A stretch of 64,000 bases of DNA, from NCBI RefSeq assembly GCF_018977255.1, contig NW_024704742.1:126358001-126422000 (forward strand). Direction: 5' to 3'. How positions within the stretch are numbered: the first letter of the stretch is position 1; each line of letters starts with the position of its first letter. The stretch is from Callorhinchus milii. Lineage: Eukaryota. Positions 36,825-49,584 of this stretch are shown one piece after another. The position numbers and the translations under genes were made by a program. The notes below the pieces were generated by a model. It was not told the DNA's origin. It did no database searches and saw nothing but the letters and a program-made list of their open reading frames with translations.

Positions 36825-37140
36825 ATGGAGGATTTCATCTTTCACATGAGGCATTAAACCAAGGTCCCATCTGGCTGTTCAGGTGGATGTTAAAGATCCC
36901 ATGGCACTATTTGAAAAGAGAAGTGAGTTTCTCCCAGTGTCCTGGAAGACAAATCCCCCATAATAATAAAACTCCATGACCGTTTGTGGGACATTGCTAT
37001 GTGCAAATCGGCTGTAGCGTTTTCCCACAAAATACACAATCATGCATACATCTGCTTTGCAGTATATTCTGTGCAAAGCTTTGAGATGTCTTGTCGACAA
37101 GATATATCAAATGCAAGGATTATTATTATTATCATTATTT
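36825..37140 (+). mobile_element. Old DeuSINE, 5'-truncated
   Basis: CAGGTGGATGTTAAAGATCCCATGGCACTATTTGAAAAGAG..TTTGTGGGACATTGCT. Confidence 0.85.
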
Positions 37141-38089
37141 CAGAGAGTATAGAATTTGGCAAATTGTTGAATTCCATTTTAACTTTGAAGCCGTTTCCTG
37201 TAGTCCTTAGAAGGAAATTAAAGCCTGAATTTAAAAGTTTGACTAATTCTGGACACTCTAAAAGGTAACGTTGATAGAGTGAATGTAGATTCAGTTGGAA
37301 TCTGAACCTAATTGATTTTCTATGATAATGGTCACCATGTTAATAAGACCCAGTTATGGATCTCACTTTGCTGACTAAAGTTATTAATGTCATCCATTGA
37401 GTGAGATGACAGTGCAGCCTTATACTCGGACTGTAAATGATCCTCCTACTGGTTGCTGATGAATTGGAATAATAAGCCTTTGTTTTGTTGCCCAGCCCTG
37501 TGGTTAAAGCCTTCATCAAACCAGAAAGGATATCTGTTGATCTCATCACAAGTACAGGTTTGATAATCCTAAGTAGCATTGGCCCAGTTAAGTCACTTGG
37601 TAGCATAGGAATCTTGAGTCAACATAACACAGACTATTCTCGATGCTGAAGATTTGTATAGTCGACTGTTCGCATCTCAGAAAATTGGCTCAATTTCTGG
37701 CAAGCAACTGCAGTACTGATCAATGGTGAATATAATAGCTGGATCATAGAGAACCAGACAATAAGGATACTGGAGATATTTTATCTAGACCACTGTTCAT
37801 TTGATAGAAATGAATCCCAGAGTCTAAGGGTGTTTTACTGTTTCTTCTAGATATGCTGATATTGAAAACGTTAACAGCTCATAGGTTCACCGAGGGCACA
37901 AAGTACAGTTCTAGCCTCATTGCTGAGTTCCAAATACCAATATGAGTCTTACACCCACTGCCATCTGACTCGTAGTCGAGAGTGCAATCAACCCGAGCCA
38001 GGCTGACACACAAGACCTGGATATATGAGTGGTGTATTCACAACTTCAGACTCCAGGTAAAGCCTTCCAGCAGCTGTTGGCCCAGCCTC

Positions 38090-38535
38090 AGGGTGCACTT
38101 ATACAGAGCCCTCCACGCAGAGTAGAGAAGCAGAGTAGCAGAGCCTGACTCCGAGCCTGGGAGGGGCGGGACGTGCTGTAAGCATGGTTGAAGAGGAAGG
38201 TTTTCAGGTGAGACTTGAAAAAGGGGAGAGAGGGAGCAAGGTGGAGGGATTGAGAGAGAGTGTTTCAGTGTTTCGGGGAGCAAAGCGCGACCTCTGATGT
38301 TGGGGTGGAGGGTGCAAGGGACAAGGAGGAGGCCGGTGCCAGTCAAGAGGAGGCATCGGGTGCTGGATTGGGGAGTGAGTAGGCCAGAAAGTGAAGGCAT
38401 TGAATACAGGTGTGAGGATCTTGAAGTCGATCCATTCGGTGATGAGGAGACAGTGGAACCTGGCCAGAACTGGTGAGCTGTGGGAATAGAGGTTGGTCTG
38501 GGCATGTATGCGGGCAGCAGAGTTCTGAATGAGTA
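38090..38535 (-). mobile_element. Old L2 3' fragment
   Basis: IQNSAARI..LARFHCLLITEWIDFKILT. Confidence 0.8.
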
Positions 38536-39710
38536 TTCGAAAGATATTTGCCTTCATCATGGTAAGAGAACCTAGACAGGGCGTGTCAGCCACCTAGAGG
38601 TCCAACTCCAATGCCATGTACCAGGTTTATTCAACATCACTGTTTAATCCAGCTCCTCATGTGAGAGGCCTCGGCAAACAGACAGGGTAACCAATGACAT
38701 CACCAATTCCCCAGCTCCTTCCTACACAAGTTTCGTTCAATCAGCAAACTGCTTCACATCCCCTGTCCGCTTAAGCCTTAAACCACTGTGCCCAGCTCTC
38801 TGAAGCTCCATTCAGGCTTCCTCCCTCTCTCTCTCTCAACTCAACTTATCTCTTCAACACCTTTCCCCTCCCCTCCTCAGCCAGAGTGGTACCGAACCAG
38901 GCTATCATATTTCACCCTTATCCAAAGCAGAGAACCTTCACTGCTCTTTCCAGATGTTGGTTGACTATTAAAATACTGACACCAAGGAATAGAGCCCTGC
39001 CCCCTCCCCCCCACCCCCCCTCCCAATATAGACACTTAAATGTTTGCACAGAATCAAACAGCATACAAATATAGTCCTTTGTCAGGAAACTGAGGAAAAA
39101 AATAAATCTAACAGTGAGACTCTCGAGAGCTTAAATAAATAGTTGGTTGCTAAGATCATGCAACTGAGGATGAGTGCCTAATGCCATCTTTCTTTTACAT
39201 TTTGACATGAATGTCTGACTGCCTGTCTTGAACCGCAAATATGCAGTACAACGTGCCAATGTCTTAGTAATTTAAAAAATAGCACTGTTAGGAAAACCAC
39301 AGGGAGCATTTTGAATGCGTATTGCAGTAAGCACTCTAGTTATGCAGGTTGCTAACCGCCCTTGTAATTTTGCTGGACCCTTCTCACTCCTTGCACGGGG
39401 TCTTGCAGAGTTTGGTATGAGTGAGGAGTTGGGCGGTAGAATTTTTAATTAATTGGATTAATTAATATGATTGGTGGAGCTGGGGAGAATGGCAGGAGAT
39501 GAATGATGCTTCTAAGAGCATTTGAATGCATTTCTGATACCATTAGCTGTGCAACAGAAAATATACTCTACATGTTGATAACTTTGGCTCACTTTAACAC
39601 TGTGTGTGCTCTGGGACACTACACTGCATAAATGCAAGTTGTTGTGGTATGTGGGTAATGGATTTCCCATTATAAGTGGACAACATGAAAGTGCCTGAAA
39701 GTTACTAGGC

Positions 39711-39902
39711 AGAACATAAGAACATATAAGAGCATAAGAATTAGGAACAGGAGTAGGCCATTCGGCCCCTCGAGCCTGCCCAGCCATTCAATAAGATCAT
39801 GACTGATCTATTCTAACTCCACCTACCTGCCTTATCCCCATATCCCTTAATCCCTTTATCCACAAGACATCTATCAATCTCAGTCTTGAATATGTTCAAG
39901 GA
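39711..39902 (-). mobile_element. CR1 3' end
   Basis: (AACATAAG)n terminal repeats and GGAACAGGAGTAGGCCATTCGGCCCCTCGAGCC, as at 20-200. Confidence 0.9.
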
Positions 39903-41954
39903 TCACATCATCACTCAAATACATCTGTGATCCCCTATTTATCTAAGGGGCAGGCCCAATATCATGAAGCAATTATCATTCCAGCACATTTGTGTTATTT
40001 GATCATTTTTTTGTGTAATAAATATATGCAATGGACCCCAGCATAAATCTCCTTTGAAGAACTGTGACAATATACATCATTACATCTTTGACCCAGCAGT
40101 AATATCATGGCAGTCATCGGTCACAAATGACATCATTTCTTCTTCTGAATAAAGGTGCAACATTGACCAGCCTCTATTCCTCTGATGTTATCCCAGTCTT
40201 GAGAGCTCTGGAAGATTGTAACCAAGTATTCCCAACTTCTATAGCTATATCTTTCAATACTCTTGGACAGAAATCATTATCAGTCATTTACAAAACCACT
40301 ACAAAAAGAAAATCGCATTTCGGTAAATACTTTCCATTCCAGTATCTTTTCTCACCTAAATAAACAGGTGGATTGAGAAACCTTAATTCCTCCCAATGTT
40401 GCATTTTTGCCAGTTTAACCATTTGGTCAGACCCTGGGACCTGGAGCACATTTGTAGAAACTTGCTCAGGATTTAGTAAATGTCAGTTTACTGTGTTTCC
40501 GCTGATGTGTTTTAAGGGTAACTGAATGTATATCATGCTGATTCGTAGAAACTCTACTTCAATGTGACCTGAAATGTATCGGTGTCAGAACAGAGTTCCC
40601 ACATATCGGAGGGACGCACATCTGGTTATCATCTGGATTCAATAATTACAAATCCTGTTGCAAATCCTGGTTTGCAACCATCAAGTTTTTATCAGGTTTG
40701 CAACCATCATATGTTATCTCTAACCACCTGGTATAGTCTTGCTAACACTGCATTCACACTTACCCAGACAAATCTATCATACATCACAAATCCAAGTATC
40801 TTAGCCGTTTATCTGACTTGTAAAATCTGACTAGCACAAAGAAATCAAAGTGTTTTTTAGTAGGAAAATGAATGAGAATTGGGTGCATGTATGACTTAGG
40901 CAAGTATATGACTTATAACGAAATGACTTGTGCAAGTTTACCTGCAGTGTTAAATGATCTGATGAGACCAGCCATTCAAAACTCCCAGAGAGGAAATTTA
41001 AATCACACCGCTGGATAGCAAACTTCTTTCCACTTAAAATCAAATAGATTGTCATGAAAAGATAAGTTTAACACTTTGCAAATTCAAGTTATTTAATCAC
41101 CACTAGCACCAAAAAAAAATGGCTGACCATATGGCCACTATCTACATCGATTACATTTATAATAAGTATTCAACCACAGATATTTTTGATAAAGAACAGA
41201 TCATCAGATTTGATTTGAGATAAGCCTTTTACAAACTGAGGTAAGCGGAGCCAATTGCGCCCAGCAGTGTTCTATAAATAGTCGTGGATTGAGTGACCAA
41301 ATTATTATTATTATTATTATTATTTTATATCTGGTATAACTTACATGTGTATCACTGATCCAATGCCACTTTCACAGTGTTGCACAGTTTCCATGCACAA
41401 TTTAAGGTTTGAATTGTTTAATATTGACCAGAGCAGCATTAATCATGACAAGATGTACTTACTTTTAGGGACATTATTTCATACTTTGTCAGCTAATTTT
41501 TAGCAATTTCAGGAGTGGAGTTTGATTGTCTAATGTTAATGTAATGGCATGTGAAGGAGAAATCTCTGAATTTTCAAAAATCTGTAGACTAATTGCAGGG
41601 AATTTATTTGCTTATTTAAAAGGGTATCAACTTTATACCACCTGCATGAGTATTACGTTATTTAAAGATCTGTTTTATTTTTTATATGCCTACTTGTAAA
41701 ATAACATCACAGAGCAGTTCAAAAGACTCACTTTTGCCCTAAAGCAATTGTATTTAGCTCTCATCTCCGACAGTCTCTACCGCTCACTTGAGTGCTAATG
41801 CATTGAGTGTAGAGCTCTAGAGCATTAAAAAAAAAGCATGGCTAGATACGAGTTCAAATAGCAAGAGAATAAGACAGGAGCTGAACTGCACACATACCAG
41901 CAGAGTGTCTCATCTCAGTGCTGGACTGACAGCACAACATATCTTATGTTCTGT

Positions 41955-42293
41955 TTAAGAGGGCGGGCTGAGAGTCTTGGAGGAGGGGCACCTTTTAAAA
42001 GAAATACTGTAACACAAGAGTCAATTTGAAGACTTCACACAGTTACAGGCTGCCCTGTTTGCTAACACCAGTCTTGTTGTTGCAATTTGTGTGCTGGAAC
42101 CAACTCTTGAGTTACGGTGAGTTTATTTAACTATAGCAAGCTGGTGAGGTGCAGTTCATTTGAGGTTGTTAACTGAAGAGACACCAAGCAACCTGCTGCC
42201 AAATAAGATCTGCTATGCAGTGACACTAATGAGATCCAGATCCAGGGGCCAAACTGCTGTGATCTCCATTACCCACTGCACTACAAGGTGAGT
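41955..42293 (+). promoter_or_regulatory. Candidate Pol II promoter and first exon(s)
   Basis: GC box GGGCGGG at 41961-41967, TTTAAAA at 41994-42000, and consensus donors ACG|GTGAGT (42116/7) and AAG|GTGAGT (42287/8), all in a TE-poor block. Confidence 0.3.
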
Positions 42294-42953
42294 GAGTACG
42301 TTTCTGCTTTAAATCTAAAGTACAACAGGAGAGAGGGAGAGAAAAAATAAAACAGGTCAAGATGAAAAGACAGGTACCCCCTTGATTAGACTGATCCAAA
42401 ATTAGTTAAATCATGTGACAGATTTAACCTGTAAAAATTAACACATTTGTTCAGGTTTCATGGGGACTGCTTTCTTGTCTGCAAAAAAAAAATCCTATCA
42501 GCAATACTTCTATTGTTATAAGTGTACAATTTGGATGATAATGATAATTCAGGATGTAACGAGTTAAAGAATAAGATATTGTTACCAAAAATGTGTCCAC
42601 TCAACCCGGATTAGTAACTCTCATGACAGATGTGTGAGTGTTGCCTTTTCTGACAGTACAGCGTCTTAAGAAGGTGATCAGAGCTGTTGAGAACAGCTTG
42701 CAGGTGTCAATCACATCTTACACTGGCTAAATTAATAGGGCAAAAGAGGGGAAGAAAGCTGTTGAAATGTTCTGTGATCTTATCCGTACAAGCGCATTAC
42801 TGTCTCCTGCACCTAGCTTTACTTTTGTTGCAAGAATACGATTAAAGGCAATCACGCTGTTTTATTCTGTGTGTGTACCAATTTCACTGCTCACTAATTT
42901 GTGTAAGGCAGGGATCCGAAAGGCTTCTCCTGAGAACCTGATGATAATAAAAT

Positions 42954-43248
42954 CAATAATAATAATCCTTGCATTTGATATAGCACTTTTCATTTCTTCT
43001 AGATGTCTCAAAGCGCTTCACAGAATATACTGTAAAGTGAATTGACTGTATATTTGTGGGCAAAACGCAGCAGCCAATTGCGCACAGCAGTGTCCCACAA
43101 ACAATCATAGATTGCCAGTGACCAATTTTATTATTGGGTTTTTTTGAGGGATTATTATCAGGCTTGTGGAGTAAGGAAACTTGCCCAAGGTTGCGTCCTG
43201 CCGGGAATCAAACTTGCGAGGCGAGTGCTCTAACCACTACAGGACTCC
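42954..43248 (-). mobile_element. tRNA-derived SINE, short form
   Basis: Head, body and tail are recognisable, with small deletions in the head. Confidence 0.88.
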
Positions 43249-43829
43249 AGATAATAGTATTAAAGGACCCGTTGATCCATATTGCTTCAGACATTATTCT
43301 CAATTGTATTTACTCTTTAGTTCACTCCATGAGCATACAAACCACATCAGACATACCAAAGCCCTTTGGAATTTCATTCATTATTGTCACAAGGCAGAGC
43401 TTTCATCTGATCTAGTTTTGCATCAAAAAAGATTGTCAAAACAGGTGAAGGCTGTCAATGTAAGGCAAAATCTGGTGGGTTTTGTTTTAGGTTTCTTTCT
43501 TTTAACGTTAGCTCATTTTCTTAAAATCAGGACTAGGGCACAATCAGTAGAGACTGTAACACTAACATTATGTAAATTTTAATCAGAAAGACATGTGTAA
43601 TAATAATAGTACTTCACAATAACACCTTCTATTTGTCAATAGTGCTATATTTGGAAAGGTGTAACTGTAAATACATTTTACATTTGTATACTAGGAGTGG
43701 TTATAACATTCACATTGTTGTTTTCTATGGACTGAGCTAAGTTACACAACGCCGAGAAAACACAAGGAAATGCTGAAAACTTTTTTGTGGTTATACTGTA
43801 TTTGCTATGTTTTATCACATAATTATCCT

Positions 43830-44400
43830 AACAATAATCCTTACATTTAACTTAGCACGTGATTACATCATTAAATACCTCTCAGAGCACTTTATAAAAT
43901 TTGCTGTAAAGTGGAGTGACTATGCATTTGTAGGCAAATGTAGCAGCCAATTCGTACTCAGAAAAGTCTGACCACCAGTGAAGTGACTGCGAGATTGTTG
44001 CCCAGGACACCAGGAGAAACTCTCTTCTCTTTTCAAATAATGCCATGGGATTTTTAACATCCACCTGAACAGGAAAACAGGCATTCAGATACATTAGGAT
44101 TCTATAGAACATCCTATGTTCTCTACCACAAACAATTTATTCCCAAAGAAATTAAAAATTGCTGATTTTGTTGATGTTAAAGATCTCGTGACAAGTATTC
44201 GAAAAGAGAAAGGAGTTTCTCCCAGTGTCCAAGCCAACAATCCTCCAGATTAATTGAGCATTCACCTTATTGCTGTTAGTGGGAAATTGCTGGCACAAAT
44301 AGCATCCATGTTCGTCATTTAAAAATCAGTCCCTACACTTGACTGTAATTGTGAAGTTGAGAAGTTTTGACATGGTAAGGCAGTATAAAAAATGTAAGCT
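43830..44400. mobile_element. Two old DeuSINE fragments (43830-44080 minus; 44170-44400 plus)
   Basis: TGCCATGGGATTTTTAACATCCACCTGAAC and GATGTTAAAGATCTCGTG..CGAAAAGAG. Confidence 0.7.
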
Positions 44401-45419
44401 CTTTAGTTTTAGAATTTGTTCAGCTCCGTGGAACATTATTCTATCTGGTAGATTTCAGAAGCATTTGCTCAAAAGGAAACATATGTATATACGTTCCAGG
44501 TTTTCAATAGAGTCAGGCCAAGTATGCTTCTCTAATGCCTCACCAATAAAATTCAAAAGCTGTATTTTTTTTTCTTTCTCTGCATTGAGAGGCCACCAGG
44601 AATCTGTTTATAGCTCCACCAGATTTAAGCCTGAATTATCAAAAAGACGAGCTGAGGAGCTGCATTTCAAGCCGCAACCGGTTAGCCTGATTCCTTGTAA
44701 TTTAGCACCTCTCTGTTGTTGCTATTAGTGGTTTTGAATTTCAGGCTTTAATCACTTGGTTCCTTTTTGACTGCAGTTTATTTCATTTCACAGCTTTGTG
44801 GGAGAAGGATTTCTAGATATGCTCTCGTTCTGTGGGACTGTTTAGTTAAGGGAGTTCCTTCAGCTGTTAAATGGTCACTTGGTGCATAAAAGGTAGTCAT
44901 GCACTAAATGCCTCCACATCAGGCAGCATTAGGCTGTGTTTGATGTATTCTGTGTGAAATTCATTTAATTGATGAATTTATTTGTGCCCTGATCAGGCTT
45001 CCCAGTCTTTCTTACAGCTGAGTCAGACGCCTAGATAAAATGATGGTATTTGGCAATAGTGTTGGATTAGACCATGTTCACAAGATCAGAACTAGCTCAT
45101 GGTACAGAGCATAAGGATCTGAAATCATAAGTGGGTGTCATTTCTTTTTGTGCCAATTTTCTGCATTCAATTCGCTCTTTCAGTAAATTAAATCGTTTTT
45201 GTTTGAGTATGCTTTGTTTTTTTCTTTTAATCCTGACTATAGCACATAATAGACTTCCAAGGAGGAGGTAAATGGTCCATTAAAATGGATTTGCCAATTC
45301 GTGAAAGGTCATGAGTGCATATTACTCTTTCTTTCAGTAATCTTATAACAGCATGTGAGGGAGGAGGGTCATGCGTTCAGGAAATTATTTACACTGTGAA
45401 ATGTTATAATCCACAACAG

Positions 45420-45660
45420 GACTTTGAACTCACACAGTCTAGACTGACACTCCAATGCAGTGTTGGGGGTGTGCAGCATTGTTGGAGGGCCTGTCTGCCT
45501 ATTCAGGTGGACATTAAAGATCCCATGTCACTGTTTGGGAAAAACAGTGAACTAATTGGCTGACACGTTCACCTAAAAAATACACAGTCACTACGCTTTA
45601 CAGTAAATCCTGTGAAGTGCTTTGAAAGATGCTATATGAAGTGCAAGGATTATTATTATA
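45420..45660 (+). mobile_element. Old DeuSINE, internally deleted
   Basis: CTAGACTGACACTCCAATGCAG..CAGGTGGACATTAAAGATCCCATG, plus tail. Confidence 0.75.
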
Positions 45661-45732
45661 AACCAACCTGTAGATTTGAGTTAAACAGCTAACTATTACA
45701 TATTTATACAGCATTGCACAAGAACTAGAAAA

Positions 45733-46041
45733 GGAGGAGTCCTGTAGCTCAGTTGTTAGAGCACTCACCTCACAAGCGAGAGACCTGGGTTCGATTCCCG
45801 GCAGGGCAAAACTTGGGCAAGTTTCCTTACTACACATGCCTGATAATTATCCCTAAAAAAACAATAATAGTTGGGTCACTCAATCCACGATTGTTTATGG
45901 GATACTGCTGTGTGCAATTGGCTGCCAAGTTTCGCCCACAAAATATACAATCAATTCATTTTATAGTTTATTCTGTGAAGCACTTTGAAACGTCTAGAAG
46001 ATGTAAAAAACTCTATATCAAATGCAAGGATTATTATTATT
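45733..46041 (+). mobile_element. tRNA-derived SINE, short form
   Basis: GAGTCCTGTAGCTCAG..GGTTCGATTCCC..tail. Confidence 0.9.
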
Positions 46042-46044
46042 GTA

Positions 46045-47046
46045 TAATCCGCAGACATGGGATTAATTTCCACATGTATGGGGATGGCACCCAAATCTAT
46101 CTCTCTGCCTCCACCCTCGACTCCAGGACCACTGCTGACCTGACAGAATGTCTGTTAGACATCAAGACCTGGATGTGAGCTAACTTTCTACAATTGAACG
46201 TCAACAAGACCGAGGCTCTCCTGATTGGCTCCTGTCAGCGCCTCCTCATCTCAAGCACTGACAGCATCATCATCCAAGGACGCACACTCCACCTTACTAA
46301 GCCAGTCCGAAACCTTGGCGTCTTGTTTGACCCTCAGCTATCCTTCCTACCCCACATCCATGCCATGTCACATTCTGCCTTCCCCCACCTCCGCAACATC
46401 GCCCGACTTCGCCATTGTTTCTCACCCCAGGCCGCCGAGGCCCTCATCCACACATTCATCACATCCAGGCTTGACTAAGAAAACTCCCTGTTTGTCGGCC
46501 TCCCCAACTCTTCCTTCCAAAGGCTGCAGATCATCCAGAACTCTGCAGCCCATGTCCTCTCCCGCACTGGGCTCCGTGACCCTATCACCCCCATCTTTGC
46601 CCGACTTCACTGGCTTCCCATCACACGGAGGATACAGTTCAAGAATCTGGTCCTCACCTTCAAAGCCCTCCATGGCCTTGCTCCCCCCTACCTCTGCGAC
46701 CTCCTAACCCCATACCAACCTGCCCCTTCCCTCCGCTCAGCAGGCTCAAGCCGGCTTCACGCCCGCTTTGCCCGCCCCACCACTAGAGGGTGGGTCTTCT
46801 GCCTCTCTGCTCCTAACTTCTGGAACTCCATCGCACAGTCCCTCCGCCTTGCCCTTCTCTTGCTTCCTTCAAGACCTGTCTCGAGACCCTCCTCTTCATC
46901 GTGCCTTCGGTCACTCTCCTCAACCGCCACCCCCCCCCCCCCACCCTCCTCCCTCCAGCTCGGATTCGAAACATTGACTGTCCAGCACCTTGAGACGTCC
47001 ATCCAGCATGAAAGTCGCTACTCAAATGTAATTTTGTTGTTGTTGT
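46045..47046 (+). mobile_element. L2 3' ~1-kb fragment
   Basis: [38 protein letters not shown], plus tail. Confidence 0.92.
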
Positions 47047-47667
47047 ACCTGTGAAAGTTAATGTTTGTTGGGAAGAGGTGTACAGTAAGCGCTTGGTGGA
47101 GAGTGTTTGTTTTGGGGGTGAGGGATTGTGTAGAGGGAGAGGGAGTGTGTTGGGGGAGATATGATCAGATGCAACAGATATGATTGGTGCCGTAGACTCA
47201 AAACTGCAAAATTGAAACTGGTTTGAGAGTAAATAAGATGCCTGATAAAGCTACATATCAATGATATCACTCAGCCACACCACATCTGCCATGTTTCAGA
47301 AGGTACTGTGGAGAACAGCCAACACGTCAGTTGTGGTTTAGACCATTCACCCTGAATGGATATTTTACTATGAACCAGACACTGGGCTTCTTTACAGCCC
47401 ACTCCCCTTTCACCTCTGCAAGCTTTGTTCAAACTGGGTGTAAAACAGGCAGAAATTCCTCAACTTGTACTGCAGAGAGCAATATGAAAGTTTTCTATTG
47501 AAGTTGAAGAAGCCTGCAGAGCCCTGAATCAGGCCAGCACTCCACCTTTTACAGGACACAAACCAGGCCAAGAAATTCACATGGAATATTTCATCCCTGT
47601 GGACTCTAACATAAGCCTTGCTTCGTGTCTGTAGAAATTATCATTTTCATTGTCCGAAGCATCTCAG

Positions 47668-47880
47668 ATAATAATAATATAATCATAATAATCCTTGCAT
47701 TTGATATAGCGCCTTATCACGTCTTCGAAAAATGTCTCAAAACGCTTCATTGAATATACAGTAAAGTGAATTGATTGTATATTTTGGGAGCGAAACGCGG
47801 CAGCCAATTGCCCAGTTGCACAGACACTGTCCCACAAACAGTCGGGATTGAGTGACCAAATTATTTTTATTTATTTTGAA
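47668..47880 (-). mobile_element. SINE 3' portion
   Basis: Tail plus CGCGGCAGCCAATTG..TGTCCCACAAACAG. Confidence 0.85.
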
Positions 47881-47999
47881 GGTGCCAAAGCCGGAGGTTA
47901 GACTTCTATGCAAAGGTACAATAAACCAATGCTGATTTACTTACACATTTGTATTTGTGAATACATAACAATCTTTGCATTTGACATGGTGATTTGCTT

Positions 48000-48940
48000 G
48001 ATACCCAACTGTACCTCTCTACCTCCACCCTTGACTCCAGGACAACTGTTGTCTTGACAGAATGCCTGTCAGACATCAAGTTCTGGATGAGAGCTAACTT
48101 TCTTTAGTTAAACGTCAATTGAGGCTCTCCTGATTGGCTCCCATCAGCGCCTCCACACCTCAGGCGCTGACAGAGTCACCATCCAAGGATGCATACTCCA
48201 CCTTATTAAGCCAGTCTGGAACCTTGGTATCTTGTTTGACGCTCAACTATCCTTTCTACCCCACATCTATGCCATGACCCGCTCTGCCTTCCCCCACCTC
48301 TGCAACATCGCCCGGCTCCGTCACTGTCTCACACCACAGGCCGCCGAATCCCTCATACATGCATTCATTACATCGAGGCTTGACTTTGCAAACTCATTGT
48401 TTGACGGCCTCCCCAACTCCTCCCTCCACAGGCTGCAGATCATCCAGAACTCTGCAGCCGGTGTCCTCATTGCACCAGGCTCTGTGACCCTATCATCCCC
48501 ATCCTCGCCCGACTCGCAGAGGATATAGTTCAAGATCTTGGTCCTCACCTTCAAAGCCCTCCATGGTCTTTCTCATCCCTATCTCTGTGACTTCCTAGCT
48601 CTCTACCATCCTGGCTGCTCCCTCCACTCAGTGGACTCTGGGCTGCTTCACATCCCCTGCCTCGCACGCCCCACCATTGGTGGCCAGGCATTCTGCCACT
48701 CTTCCCCACCCTCTGGAACTCCATCCTGCAGTCCCTCCACCTCACCCCCTCCCTTGCCTCCTTCAAGACCCATCTCAAGACCATCTGCTTCAACAGTGCT
48801 TTCGATCACCCTCCTTTCCCCCCTGCTCTCCACCCTCCCCAATCCCGACTCCCAGCTCGGGTCCGAAACTGATTGTCCAGCACCTTAGACATCCTCCTGA
48901 CTTGAAAGTTGCTATACAAATGTAATTTTGTTGTTGTTGA
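48000..48940 (+). mobile_element. L2 3' fragment
   Basis: ORFs 48232.. and 48538.. are L2 ORF2 pieces. The tail is at ~48930. Confidence 0.92.
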
Positions 48941-49584
48941 TTTGAAGGTTGCCAATGCATCTCAAAGCGTTTCACAGGAATCACTATAAAGTGTAGAGAC
49001 TGTTTATTTTGTAGATTAATTACTGTAAACAGTCAGTCAACTAACTTGCTTGCCTGAACTAACCTTTATAAATGTTCTTTACCCATCTTAGATGCAAAGG
49101 TATCAACAATCAATCATTAATTTGAAATGATAGTGTGCATTTCTTTTCACTATTATTACAGAGAGGGTGTTGCTTGCTGTATGACACAGCCTAACATAGA
49201 TAAATTATACCACTGTATGTGATCCTTCTGTTTATCTTTCTTCAAAGTCTCATTGCCAGTAACCTCCAAGCTGAATTGCAATAAATGCATTAGTTATTTA
49301 ATAGAGTCCTTTGAAACAAATCTGTCTATTAAAAACATGTGGAGATGTCATTGTCTGAAACAGGGCGAGCAATTGCAGTGCTATGCGGCAATGATTAGGG
49401 GCCAACCACATAAGAACATTATCTGTTTCTTGTGGGTTTCTTACAAACCTGTTAATATTTCAAAGCAACTCATGTACTGTGTGCTTCAAATAATAAAATG
49501 AGGCATTAACTGAGATTAATCCACTTTGTGGGAGCAAAGAGTTCAGATTTTTCAAAGGGCTTTAGCTTGGACTGCAGTTACACG

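Noticed and set aside
45733..47046. SINE-L2 chimeric element
   Set aside because: Adjacent and co-oriented, but seen only once and with no shared TSD. Independent insertions are the simpler explanation.
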